A DNA stretch of 64,000 nt from Candidatus Latescibacterota bacterium (GCA_965226795.1 CBDDDZ010000004.1:192001-256000); one strand, 5' to 3'. Shown: positions 52,364 through 62,634, counted from the first letter of the stretch. Numbers and translations: made by a program. Notes: generated by a model not told the origin, from the letters alone.

Positions 52364-54580
52364 ATGAGAAATTCTATCGGGACTGCTTTCCTTTTGGTGG
52401 TCGTTGTGTTCATTCCGCTGGTTTCACCTGCGGCTGAATCGGATTCGTTAAAGGCGCTTGAGGCCGCAACACTTGCTGATCCGAAGGACGGGCGCGCATG
52501 GGTGCGCCTCGGGCACGCCTATCTTGCCGCGGGTGACTTCAAGCGGGCAAAAGGGGCGTTCAGGAAGGGCATTCGAAGCAACAACAGGGCCGATGGATAC
52601 AACGGTCTGGGTGTGGCTTACATGCGCGATCCGGGCTCCAGGGCGGTGAACAGGAAGGCTTTCGAGTACTTCAGGCGGGCGCTGGCGGCCGATCCCGGCT
52701 ATGCCGAGGCCCGTATGAACTTCGCCCGTCTGCAGATACGGTTGGGCCAACTGGACGCCGAGAAAGCCCTGAAGGACGTCATCAAGCACCATCCGGGCTA
52801 CGCGCCCGCGTATCTCACGCTTGCGGAATGGTATTCGGATGGATACGAAGACATGGGCGCGGTCCTGTACGAGCGGTACCTGGAATTGCGGCCGGACGAC
52901 CTGGACGGACACTTCGGTCTGGCAATGGCGTATACCGGGCAACACCGATATGTTCGGGTGCTTGCAATCACGAACCGGGTACTCGAGAAACATCCTGGGT
53001 CCGGCCGTTTCCTGCCGCTGGCGGCGCAGGCATACGCCGCACGAGGTGACGCTGATAGAGCTCTGCAACTGTTTGAAACCTATTTTGGACTCATACCCGA
53101 GACAGAGCGGAGGCTCTATAGGGATGTTTCGCTGATCGCGTCTTCCGAGGAGTTGAAAGCGTACACCTCGACGCATTCCGGAACGGCGGCACACTCGTTG
53201 AAGCCGTTCTGGCGCCAGCGGGATCCAACCCTGGTATCCGGGGGAGCGCACCGCCAGGCGGAACACTACCGGCGTATCTGGTACGCGCGCACCTATTTTT
53301 CCGACAAGATGCATCCCTGGGATCGACGGGGGGAGGTTTACATCCGCTACGGTGAGCCCGACTATCGTTCCAGGTCGGACCGGACAAACCAACCGGCCAG
53401 TCTGGACGTACAGTCAGTGAAGGAATTGATCCATTTCCATTTGTATGGTGTGGAGACCTTTGACGTCGGAAATTACGAACAGGCGATCACCGAGCCCATT
53501 TATCCTGTAAAGAGTTTTCGTCTCGGCGGAAACCGGGTCGCCTGGGAGTCATGGGTTTACACCGGCGTTGGGGGTGGAATCGAATTTGTGTTCACGGATG
53601 AGGTCGGAAATGGAAAGTGGGATTTCGCGCCGCCGCCGGAATTGGATCCGGCAAACTCCAACATCGGTCAGATCAGTAAGTTCATGAAGTACAATCCTGC
53701 GGTCGTTTTTAAAGACGTGGCCTCCAGGACGCCGGATTATTTCGACCTGCCCCCCGGTGTCGAAGCCCTGGAGTTCTACTATGATCTTGCCACCTTCTAT
53801 GGAGGGGTTGACCGCACGAAGTTGGAGGTCTATTTCGGCATCCCCGTGGAACACGTTGTAAGCAGGGAAATCGAAGATCGCCTTCTGTCCCAGGTTGAAT
53901 ATACGGTTGCCGTGGTTGACGAGAAAGGCGACGTGATCCACAGGGAACGGGACCGGCTCGCGTTTGCAGGACAGCAGAACGCGAAACCCGGCACGTTCGT
54001 GCCCCAGACAATGACGGTACGCCTGCCGCCGGGGGCCTATCGGCTCGCCGTTCAGTTGACGGACCTCTATTCGGACAAGTGGGGGCTGTATCATCAGGAT
54101 CTGGATGTGCCTGCATATGGTGATTCTCTCAAGCTGAGCGACCTGGAACTGGCCTGGGGAATATCGAAGACCCGCGGAGCCGCCAAATTCCAGAAAGGCG
54201 ATGTCTCGGTGGTTCCCATGCCCAGCCGGAGTTATGGGCGAGGCCAGAGCGTATTCATTTACTATGAGGTGTATCGCTTACTGAAGGATGAGTTCGGTCA
54301 AACCCGTTACCGGGTGACTTACACGCTGCGGCAAAACATCAGGCGGGGATTCAACCCGTTTGGCGCCCTGGCGGCGAAAATACGCCAGTTTGTCCGTAAA
54401 ACGGAACCGGAGTTGGTGGTAAGCTATGAGCGAGCGGGTACGGATTCCTCCGAGCCCATCTACTTTGAGCTGGATATGAAAAAGGTAAAACCGGGTTTCC
54501 ATCAGATCGAAGTTACGGTGGTGGATCTGAATGCGAGTACATCGACTTCCAGGAACGCCGCATTCCGGTTGGATGGATAG
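52364..54580 (+). CDS. TPR + GWxTD-family exported protein
   Basis: Signal peptide, TPR repeats, FWRQRDP...EHYRRIWYA...WDRRGEVYIRYGEPD, C-terminal Ig-like domains (YYEVY.L). Confidence 0.88.
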   Translation: MRNSIGTAFLLVVVVFIPLVSPAAESDSLKALEAATLADPKDGRAWVRLGHAYLAAGDFKRAKGAFRKGIRSNNRADGYNGLGVAYMRDPGSRAVNRKAFEYFRRALAADPGYAEARMNFARLQIRLGQLDAEKALKDVIKHHPGYAPAYLTLAEWYSDGYEDMGAVLYERYLELRPDDLDGHFGLAMAYTGQHRYVRVLAITNRVLEKHPGSGRFLPLAAQAYAARGDADRALQLFETYFGLIPETERRLYRDVSLIASSEELKAYTSTHSGTAAHSLKPFWRQRDPTLVSGGAHRQAEHYRRIWYARTYFSDKMHPWDRRGEVYIRYGEPDYRSRSDRTNQPASLDVQSVKELIHFHLYGVETFDVGNYEQAITEPIYPVKSFRLGGNRVAWESWVYTGVGGGIEFVFTDEVGNGKWDFAPPPELDPANSNIGQISKFMKYNPAVVFKDVASRTPDYFDLPPGVEALEFYYDLATFYGGVDRTKLEVYFGIPVEHVVSREIEDRLLSQVEYTVAVVDEKGDVIHRERDRLAFAGQQNAKPGTFVPQTMTVRLPPGAYRLAVQLTDLYSDKWGLYHQDLDVPAYGDSLKLSDLELAWGISKTRGAAKFQKGDVSVVPMPSRSYGRGQSVFIYYEVYRLLKDEFGQTRYRVTYTLRQNIRRGFNPFGALAAKIRQFVRKTEPELVVSYERAGTDSSEPIYFELDMKKVKPGFHQIEVTVVDLNASTSTSRNAAFRLDG

Positions 54581-54696
54581 TCACGGACCGCTCCTATCGC
54601 TCGACTGTATTCGACCAGGATCGGGACCGGTCGAATCACGAATTTGAAACTGAAATGGTTTGATATTGCCGTCAATTGCATCCAGGGACGGACGGG

Positions 54697-54722
54697 AGGG
54701 CCTCGCGGCCCTTTTTCTTTTT
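54697..54722 (+). terminator. intrinsic terminator between the GWxTD genes
   Basis: AGGGCC-tcgc-GGCCCT-TTTTCTTTTT. Confidence 0.75.
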
Positions 54723-54753
54723 GTAAGAATGGAGAATTATCCCGGATTTTACC

Positions 54754-54785
54754 GAACCCGGGCTCGAGAACGAGTGTCTTACAAT
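54754..54785 (+). promoter_or_regulatory. ECF-sigma-like promoter upstream of GWxTD gene 2
   Basis: GAAC-ccgggctcgagaacga-GTGTCTTACAAT. Confidence 0.55.
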
Positions 54786-54911
54786 GTGAAGGGGCTGAAT
54801 CCGCCAACCCAGTTGCAAACCCTGCCGCCAGGTTTGTCTTTCCGGACTCTGAATCCAATAACGAATGGCGGGCGAGATCCTGCCGCTTAAGGGATGCAAG
54901 GAGCCACGAAA

Positions 54912-56951
54912 ATGGTTCGCCTTTCGTTCACTGTCTGCCTGTTGGTTTTGAGTACCATCCGTGTCGATGCCAAACGGTCCGATCCCGTGAGGGTGGACTC
55001 GCTGCTGGCCGTTGCGGCGGATACGCTGCTTCATCAGGACCGTCGTGAAGCCCTGATGAAGGATGCGCTGAGGCATGACCGGTCGGGAAAGACAATGCAC
55101 GCGTTGGCGCGGTTTTACATGGCGCAAGGCACGCCGGTATCCCGTCAGACGGCGGGCAATTGGCTGCTGCGGGCCCGGATCCGGGAGCGGAAAAACCCGG
55201 ACTATCTGGCAACTTACGCTGAGTTGTTTTGGCGGACTTTGCAGCGTCCGAATTCTTACCGAAAAGCGCTCGAGGCTCTGGCGCTGGATCCGGATCATGT
55301 AGAGGCGTTATTCTGGGCGGGGCGCTTTGTGGTCTGGTCCTGGGAGATGACCTATTTTACGGATATGCCTGATGACGATGCCGCAGCGGGAGTGGGAAGA
55401 CATTCAATCAACGGTAGAAAAACGCTCACGTACGTCGAATATCCGGATCTGGAAATAGACCGCGGAATCGCGTACCTGACCCACGCCATCGGCGTGGATC
55501 CGGTCCACTGGCCGTCTCACCAGTACCTCGGTCTATCCTACTACGCGGCCGAAATGCCCGAGCCCCTGATCGACCTCTTCGAAGCCTATCGAAAGCGCCG
55601 GCCGGAGAATTGGAACGCCCACTTTTTCGCGGGTCTCGGCTATCAGATGAAGGGCGACCTGGATGCGGCCTATCGGGCGTACGTGGATGGACTGAACCGG
55701 ATGACTGCAACCGCCCGCAGGTTCATGCAGTCGGTCTTCCTGATTCGGGAACCCGTTCAGGATAAAAGGCGTGAGCCACTCCCGAGCGAAGAGGAGATTC
55801 GCAAGTTCTGGTTCGGAAAGGACCCCCTGTATCTGACATCAGTCAATGAACGCCTGCTGGAACAGTGCCGGCGCGTGGCGTACGCGAACCTGCGGTTTTC
55901 CGATCCCACTCACGGGCGGGAAGGTTGGCAGACCGACAGGGGGCAGGTCTATATCCGATACGGAGACCCACGCGTCCGCTTCATGAAAGATCCCGCCAGG
56001 GGACGGAAGGAAATATGGGACTATGGTCCCTTCACAGCGGTGTTCTTTAAAACGGTTTCCTGGGACTCCTGGCTGTTCAGAATGGCCAGACTGGGAAACA
56101 AACGCCTGACACTCGAACAACTGGTGAAGGCGGTACCCGACGTCTATGAGCATCCCCTGCAATATGACGCCCCCTACCAGACTGCCCAGTTCCGGCATAA
56201 CGACGGCACGACGCACGTCGAGGTGTATTACGCCCTTCCGGATGAAAATGTGCGGCACGCACTGTCGGGGGGCAACGGGAACGCCGAAGTGGACGTCAGA
56301 CAGGCGCTTTTCCTCTTCAATTCCGAATGGGATACCGTGAGTCACAACGTCGTTAGCGTGGAGCAGATGCCACGGGTCGCGTATGAATCCACGGAAGAGG
56401 GCTTCCTGTTGGCCGCGGAACGCGTAGTCCTTGCCCCGGGGCCGTATTTTCTGGCGGGCGAAGCCGAAGACCGGGCGACGAAGCGGGTGGGCACGTTTCG
56501 GGAGCGGTTGCGGGTAAGATCATTCGGGCAGGACACACTGGAGATCAGCAGCCTGTTGATGGCAAGACGCATTAAGATGCGGGAGAACGCCCCATACGGC
56601 CGTGGGCAGTTTGCCGTGCTGCCGAATCCATTGCAGGTGTGCCGACGGAAAGGGCATGCGTGGTTCTATTTCGAGATCTACAATCTTTCACGCGACGACT
56701 ACGGCGCCACCCACTACCGCATCAGCTATCAGATGCAATTCCTGCCGGACGGGGCGGCCGGCAGTTCCACGGCCGACTGGACGACGGCCGTTTCGTACTC
56801 GTACCGGGGCGGGCGGGATTGGGAGCCGCGCCACCTGCGCGTGGATATGGACGGCGCATCGACGGGACTGAGGGCGTTTCAAGTCGTGGTGGAGGATCTG
56901 CACACAGGTCGAAAAGCATTGGCGGAAACGCGCTTCAGAGTAAGGTGGTAA
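54912..56951 (+). CDS. TPR + GWxTD domain exported protein
   Basis: Signal peptide, TPRs, FW..KDP...RRVAYAN...GWQTDRGQVYIRYGDP, YFEIYNL; ATG after AAGGAG. Confidence 0.9.
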   Translation: MVRLSFTVCLLVLSTIRVDAKRSDPVRVDSLLAVAADTLLHQDRREALMKDALRHDRSGKTMHALARFYMAQGTPVSRQTAGNWLLRARIRERKNPDYLATYAELFWRTLQRPNSYRKALEALALDPDHVEALFWAGRFVVWSWEMTYFTDMPDDDAAAGVGRHSINGRKTLTYVEYPDLEIDRGIAYLTHAIGVDPVHWPSHQYLGLSYYAAEMPEPLIDLFEAYRKRRPENWNAHFFAGLGYQMKGDLDAAYRAYVDGLNRMTATARRFMQSVFLIREPVQDKRREPLPSEEEIRKFWFGKDPLYLTSVNERLLEQCRRVAYANLRFSDPTHGREGWQTDRGQVYIRYGDPRVRFMKDPARGRKEIWDYGPFTAVFFKTVSWDSWLFRMARLGNKRLTLEQLVKAVPDVYEHPLQYDAPYQTAQFRHNDGTTHVEVYYALPDENVRHALSGGNGNAEVDVRQALFLFNSEWDTVSHNVVSVEQMPRVAYESTEEGFLLAAERVVLAPGPYFLAGEAEDRATKRVGTFRERLRVRSFGQDTLEISSLLMARRIKMRENAPYGRGQFAVLPNPLQVCRRKGHAWFYFEIYNLSRDDYGATHYRISYQMQFLPDGAAGSSTADWTTAVSYSYRGGRDWEPRHLRVDMDGASTGLRAFQVVVEDLHTGRKALAETRFRVRW

Positions 56952-57095
56952 CTGGTGTCCCGTCCCGGAAATAGATTGCCGAAATTCGGCCGCCCGAGGG
57001 CATGGACCACGCATATAAGAGAGGGCCGAAGAGCATCTGCTTCGACCCTCTTTCTGCTGTTGCGACGAACCCCTCGTTGTCGTCGTTTGGCAGGG

Positions 57096-59498
57096 CTATT
57101 TCAGGATTGCGATCGCCCCTGTCGGGATCTGCGTTTCGGCGCCATTGTGCGTCACCTGCGCCGGCGCCGTGCCCGTGTTTCTGGCCCACACCACGCCGGT
57201 CTCGGCGGCGTTGATTTCCAGCGCGCCCTCTGTGGTGATGTTCAGGATCGCTTCCTGCAGAAGGGCTTCGCCCGCCCCGAGGCTTCGCGCATAGGCGACA
57301 TTGTCGTCGTCCACGCAAGTAACGCCCCCGAAGATGGGAATCTCAGGGAATTCCGAGCGATTCGCCGTGAAGGTAAACGCACCGGCTTTTTCGCCGAAGT
57401 TCGCCACGGCCAGGTGATTGTCCGCGAGAAGGCCGATGGCGGGTCGTTCTGTTTGCATGATTACGTACTCGATGCCGGCCGTTTTGCTATGGGTGCGATC
57501 GGCGGCCACCAGCGCAGTGAGTTCGGAGATTGTGTTCCCGGAAGTTACCTGAACCGGCTCGTCGATGCGGCTTAGAATGAGGTCATCCGCCACGGCGCGC
57601 CAGACCTGGTAATAGTGCCGGTTGTGATAGGCGGTCTTGCCGGTGCCCGTGTAGACAATGCCCAGACGGTTGTCGACGTTGAGCCATGCCGGATGATCGT
57701 AGGTCTTGACGTCGTCGCTTTCCGGATCCCTCGTGACGAAACTCCTGAAGCGATCCGAACCGCCCGGCGTGTGGACGTTACGGTAGCCGTTGCAGTTTCC
57801 TTCCAGGGCGTTGAAGTCTTCGTTGACGATGCGAAGGAAACCCTGGTCGACACTATTGACGGTAATATTCTCTCTGGCCGTGAGCCGCTCACATGAAAGG
57901 GAAATACCGGAGGGCAGGCCCGCAAAGAGCACTTCCTGGCGTACCGATCGCTGGGCGCGGTTCAGGATCAGCGCGGCGGCAAAACCATCCTGATGTTCGT
58001 CCACGCGAATCGAGACCAGGTCGTGGCTGTCGGGTCTGTCCTGGACGTCAATGCTGGCCAGAAACGAATTTGATGCCGGCGCCACGGTATAGATGCCGTC
58101 CCTGTTCAGCGGAAGCGCCATAATGTCGTTGCGCCAGGAAAGAGAGGATTGGCCGGTCCGGTGCCGATGGAAGACAAAGCCGGATTGGGGATAGACCTTG
58201 ACGCCGCGCAGCTTGCGTTCGACTTGTGCACTGGTTGCGGGTTCAGGCCCGTCCCCAAAGATCCTGTGAAAGAAATAGGTGTGGGCGGGACTCACGATAT
58301 TGGTTTCCCGGATGATAAGCGGGTCCTGGGGACCATGCACAATTTCGGCGATTTGCTTCTCGTGCACGCGCCCGCCGGCGCTTTCCGCGCGCTGTTCCAG
58401 GGTCTCAAGCGCCTGGCGTTCGAAATACGCGGCGTCCGGGTCGTTCAGGAACTGGGCGGCCGTCGCATGAGTGAGCGTGCCCGGGTCGGGCGAGAGATAC
58501 GGCCAGTCCATGCCCTGCACGGGATGCATCGAGCCGGTCCGGTCCGTGGTACGTTTGAGCTGGTCGTAGATTTCCTGCCGGTTGAATAGGCCATGTTCCG
58601 GAACATCCGCGCCGAACGTCCCGTAGATGATGCCGAGCCGCCCCAGGAACATCACCGAACTGCCGGTGTAGCTGGGGTGCACCATGCCGTGGTTTTCGGC
58701 CATGTAGTCCGGCAACGCGGTAAAGGTCTGGCCGGTCAATTCCCGCACGGTCTGACCGTCTGAGAACGGCGCAAGGTTCTTCGTGTCCTGCTGGGTTGTG
58801 GCCGTGGAGAACATCCAGCGACGGGCTGTTTCGGCCCAGGATTTGACGTGGGGCGAGTTGCTCAGAAAACATTCAACCGATGCCAGGCCGCACGACGTCC
58901 AGCCGTTTTCCTCCATCTGCGTGTTGGTAAAAACGCCGCTCTTGGGCGCCATGGCTCCGAACCGCTCGGCGTAGTCCTCGTGCATGCGTGCAATCATCGT
59001 CCACGTCTCGTCGTCTACAATGTCGCCCAGCAAGAGGGCGACCAGGCCAACGTCGGAAAGATTCGTGCCGCACTGGCTCTCGGGGAAAAAACCCCGGCCG
59101 CGTTCGCCCCACTTGGTGCCCCAGGTCCTGGGATTGCCAAGGCTCTTTTCGGGCCGAATACAGTCAGCCGGACCCGTGTCGTGTGTATAGCAGAGGTAGC
59201 GGATGCCCTTGAGCGCAATCTCCCGGAGTTCCTTTTTGGAGCATCCGGTCCGTTTCTCGTCGTATTCAGGCGAATTTGCAAGCGCGGCAAATACGAAGGC
59301 CGGCGCGGCCGTGTCGCTGCCGTACCAGTGGGCCCCGCCGAAAAAATGCCCGCAATTGGGGCGGTCCGGCCAATCTTCGAAATAGTCAAGGCCAATTGGC
59401 ACCCAGTTTTCCAGGATGCGTTTATAACGCCTGCTCAGCGGGGTTTCCACGGCAGGCACGGACGTCCGCCGGCGGTTGGTCAATATTTCGGGTCGCAT
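57096..59498 (-). CDS. hypothetical 800-aa protein, possibly polysaccharide-lyase-like (helical toroid + beta domain)
   Basis: Long ORF with NTQMEENGW, ENHGMVHPSY and QGMDW motifs and a beta-rich C-terminus; RBS AAGGAG. Confidence 0.7.
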   Translation of the reverse strand: MRPEILTNRRRTSVPAVETPLSRRYKRILENWVPIGLDYFEDWPDRPNCGHFFGGAHWYGSDTAAPAFVFAALANSPEYDEKRTGCSKKELREIALKGIRYLCYTHDTGPADCIRPEKSLGNPRTWGTKWGERGRGFFPESQCGTNLSDVGLVALLLGDIVDDETWTMIARMHEDYAERFGAMAPKSGVFTNTQMEENGWTSCGLASVECFLSNSPHVKSWAETARRWMFSTATTQQDTKNLAPFSDGQTVRELTGQTFTALPDYMAENHGMVHPSYTGSSVMFLGRLGIIYGTFGADVPEHGLFNRQEIYDQLKRTTDRTGSMHPVQGMDWPYLSPDPGTLTHATAAQFLNDPDAAYFERQALETLEQRAESAGGRVHEKQIAEIVHGPQDPLIIRETNIVSPAHTYFFHRIFGDGPEPATSAQVERKLRGVKVYPQSGFVFHRHRTGQSSLSWRNDIMALPLNRDGIYTVAPASNSFLASIDVQDRPDSHDLVSIRVDEHQDGFAAALILNRAQRSVRQEVLFAGLPSGISLSCERLTARENITVNSVDQGFLRIVNEDFNALEGNCNGYRNVHTPGGSDRFRSFVTRDPESDDVKTYDHPAWLNVDNRLGIVYTGTGKTAYHNRHYYQVWRAVADDLILSRIDEPVQVTSGNTISELTALVAADRTHSKTAGIEYVIMQTERPAIGLLADNHLAVANFGEKAGAFTFTANRSEFPEIPIFGGVTCVDDDNVAYARSLGAGEALLQEAILNITTEGALEINAAETGVVWARNTGTAPAQVTHNGAETQIPTGAIAILK

Positions 59499-59534
59499 GG
59501 AGTCTCCTTTTTGCGATCAATAACGGAATGAAAG

Positions 59535-59696
59535 GGAGTCTAGACTCCTCGTAGTTCTCGTACGAACTGAAAACGCTGGGAGCGGTTTCGACCGCGGTAA
59601 CGCGGCGGCTGAACGCATCTCATGCTCTCCTCTCCACCCAGTATACTACATTAATCTCGGAGGGGGAGTTGTCTCACCCTATATTGGCACGTAGGG
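59535..59696 (-). mobile_element. possible IS-end remnant that truncates the Lamassu ATPase
   Basis: The ATPase frame runs into CCCTACGTGCCAATATAGGGTGAGACA. TATACT, GAGGAG and a 27-codon ORF (59623-59540) follow, ending in the palindrome GGAGTCTAGACTCC. Confidence 0.35.
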
Positions 59697-60923
59697 TCGT
59701 ACTGCTTCCATCTCCGAACAGTTTCTCACTAGGTTCGCTTGAACGCTTTGCAGCTTTGATTCGAGCTCAGCAATCGCCCGCTCGATCTGAGGAGATGCAC
59801 GAGGAACTGTGTCAAGGCGCGATGAAATTTCCGTTAGTGCTTCTCTTAGCTCACTCATCTCTGGGAGATCTGTTGCTTCACGCAGGTCATGAGCGCAAAA
59901 CGGACAGGCATGACTTTGTTCGGTCCCCTCAAAGATCTCGATCGACATCAGCCGAGCGCGTTGTTCGGATGCCTCACGCGAAAATCCAGACGTATCGTGT
60001 TCGAAGGCTTTAGCCGCGGCAATTTCATCTTGAAGTCTTCGCAACTGGCTGCGAAGTCGATTTCGTTCGTCGCTGAGCCGATGGTACTCTGCTTCGTCTG
60101 ATATCTCAATATCAATGGAAGTTCCGGGAGTCTCTGCGACTTCACGTAGGGCGGGTACCGCTTCCTCCCAAGTGCTTGCCAATGACGCAGACAGGCCGAC
60201 ATTACGTGCCTCAGCCAAAAGAGTCAATGCTTTCGTAACGCCTTCGCCCCTTAAAGACGAGAGTTCATTAAGCTGCCTTTCAGATTGACGCAGCCGCCTG
60301 CGGAGCCGCCTAAGCTGCTCGCGTTTGTTAATGTATTCGTCGTCCACAGCACCTAACAGATAAGGCAGTGTATCCCTCAGAGCTTGTGCGATGAAATTGT
60401 CCGCTGCTCCGTGAAATAGCTGTTGACGCCTGATAATCTCATCTTGCGGCTGAAAACAGAGCGCTAGGGCATGGCGAATAGTCACCGTTAGGGGTTGTCT
60501 GCTTTGACCTTGCGCGGGCTCATGGATATAATCTTTGATGCCACCCCAACTGGTGAGCAGCGCACCGAGTCCTCTCGTATTCGTCGTTTGTCGAAGACCA
60601 CTGTATTCAGGGATAACAACCTGGTCGCCGACGTCTACAAAACAATCCTCGCTCGAAGCGGCCGCAGGACCGGGACATCGACGAGCGATGAATGCTTCAC
60701 CGCTGGCCAGTTCCAACCTGAGTCCAAACCATGATACAGAGCGTCGAATCGGTCCTTCAGGAACTCGGCACTCGCCAGCACCAAAACAGTAGTCGACTAT
60801 ATCGACGAGCGCAGATTTTCCTGTTTTGGATGTGCCGGTAATGATGTTGACCTGACCCGGTTTGAGCGACAGTACGCGCTGTCGACCATCGTGGCTGTAC
60901 ACAACTATATCAAGAATCTGCAT
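59679..60923 (-). pseudogene. DUF3732-type SMC/ABC ATPase (LmuB-like), C-terminally truncated
   Basis: Walker A TGTSKTGKS, FQPQDEI Q-loop, coiled coil with CPFC zinc hook. It ends inside the coiled coil with no signature or Walker B. Confidence 0.85.
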
Positions 60924-60925
60924 GG

Positions 60926-61423
60926 TTATGGACGCACCCCTATCAATGCGAAGACCGTTGATCCGCTACCAGTTTGCCCGAACCACTTGCCGACAAATTC
61001 TGCCTTGCGAGTACAAAGGCGTACCTCATCACTCGCTCCTTGCAACGAACGATTGAGAGTTAGCCGCAAGTCTTCATTGGCGCGGAGTTTGCCTTCGTCA
61101 ATGCTGATCAGGCCATGGGTTCCGCCAAAGAACATGCCTTCTTTAGTATATTCGACCAGTAGTTTCGCTCTAGTCGCAATCTTTCCTTGAGCGAGGGGAT
61201 TGTTATTGATCCATACAGCCAAAGACGTGCGAGTATCGCGTGGAAGCGCTTCCCTAGTTGTGCGGTGAAGTACCATCGGCAAGACCAGGAATGCTTCCTC
61301 GAAGGATAAGCCACGCAGGTTGATACTGGCATACCCGCGTGCAGCGCACCAGAGCAAGAGAGAACAGAACGCCGGGTTTAGGAGCGTTTGTTCCTCACGC
61401 GAGCGTTCATGCCATCGGGTCAT
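60926..61423 (-). CDS. ABC three-component system middle component (LmuC-like)
   Basis: LLNPAFCS, FLVLPMVLH..TR..LP, terminal LIGVRP; ATGA overlap with the upstream stop. Confidence 0.85.
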   Translation of the reverse strand: MTRWHERSREEQTLLNPAFCSLLLWCAARGYASINLRGLSFEEAFLVLPMVLHRTTREALPRDTRTSLAVWINNNPLAQGKIATRAKLLVEYTKEGMFFGGTHGLISIDEGKLRANEDLRLTLNRSLQGASDEVRLCTRKAEFVGKWFGQTGSGSTVFALIGVRP

Positions 61424-62634
61424 GACGTCCCCATATTCGCGCCTAGTAGATGAGCGAGATGGCATTGAAAATCAATGTGCCAACCGACCCGTAGGTCATC
61501 GGATAACATGTGCAAGGAGCCGCGACTGACGAAAGGCTCAGTTACGTTGGGGCGGATTGGAAATAGCGTTTGTTCGGCCCATGCGAGAAGATTTCGGGCC
61601 GCGCCTTCTTTTGCGGTCTCGATCGCAGCCTCGCCGAGTTCATCACACATTGCATCGAATACGAGCTCCCACTCTTCTACAAGGCGCTTCTCATATTTGT
61701 GCAAATCCATATCGACCACTAGATCGTCACGCAACCAACGAGATCGTTGTTCGAATGCTCGGTAGTAGTCCCGAATGGCAGCTGCTATTCGGCGCCTTCC
61801 AGCTTTCGTAAGCTCGATCTGCCGGACAAATTTGTAATCCTCATGTGCTTCTCTCGTTGCCTCATCAAGCGAGAATTCTAAAAGATCATCATCTATAGGT
61901 AAAGCTTCTTGCTTAAACTGCTCACGAAGGTCCGACATCTGTGCTTCCAGTTCAATTGATCCGACACGGTCGGATGAAGCGTTCGCAAGTTGATGCAATA
62001 TTCGGTGGAACCACCAACCTTCCAGTCGCTGGAGAAATGCGAAATGGTGTTCCCTTCCCGCGGCCCAATAAACTTCCTGTTTAAGCTCGTTATCCAAATC
62101 TATGACGTTGGGAGCCGCATCAAACACAGTCACTCTACTCAAGATATCGATTTGTACGGATTGGTCGGAATCAAGAAAGACTTGGTAAGCCTTGGCATTC
62201 GCATTGTTCGTAGATGCTGTTGCTGTTGCTGTGAGTGTCTGCCGTGCGGCAGACACATCTCGCGGTCTAGCACGAAGATTCCAGGCCGCGCTTCCATCCG
62301 GTGCAGAAGAGGTGGTGACCAGATATAGATTAGTGCTCCCGGGAATTTTTCCTGACCGGTGACCCTCAAACCAGATGCGCAAGGTCTTCCATATATCTGG
62401 ACTGGCGTCGGTCAATGAGCCGACGCCCTTCTTGTGGTGTTTGGTCTGAAGCAGATCGGTAGGTTTGCCGCCCGTGGTTTCAAAGTTAACATCGTCGAGC
62501 GTCTCGATGCCAATCAAGAACCCGGGGTCCGTTTTTAGCCGTCTAAGCGTCCAGAACAATGCCAATCGGACTTGATAGAGATAGCCAAGCGTGGAATCGA
62601 CGGCGGAAAAATCGGATGTGCGTTTATCAGTCAC
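61420..62634 (-). CDS. ABC three-component effector (LmuA-like): Cap4-like PD-(D/E)xK nuclease + C-terminal domain
   Basis: SA..STLGYLYQ, ETLDDV, LLQTKHH, DIWKTLRIW; C-terminal RGSLHMLSD...VGWH. Confidence 0.85.
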   Translation of the reverse strand: MTDKRTSDFSAVDSTLGYLYQVRLALFWTLRRLKTDPGFLIGIETLDDVNFETTGGKPTDLLQTKHHKKGVGSLTDASPDIWKTLRIWFEGHRSGKIPGSTNLYLVTTSSAPDGSAAWNLRARPRDVSAARQTLTATATASTNNANAKAYQVFLDSDQSVQIDILSRVTVFDAAPNVIDLDNELKQEVYWAAGREHHFAFLQRLEGWWFHRILHQLANASSDRVGSIELEAQMSDLREQFKQEALPIDDDLLEFSLDEATREAHEDYKFVRQIELTKAGRRRIAAAIRDYYRAFEQRSRWLRDDLVVDMDLHKYEKRLVEEWELVFDAMCDELGEAAIETAKEGAARNLLAWAEQTLFPIRPNVTEPFVSRGSLHMLSDDLRVGWHIDFQCHLAHLLGANMGTS

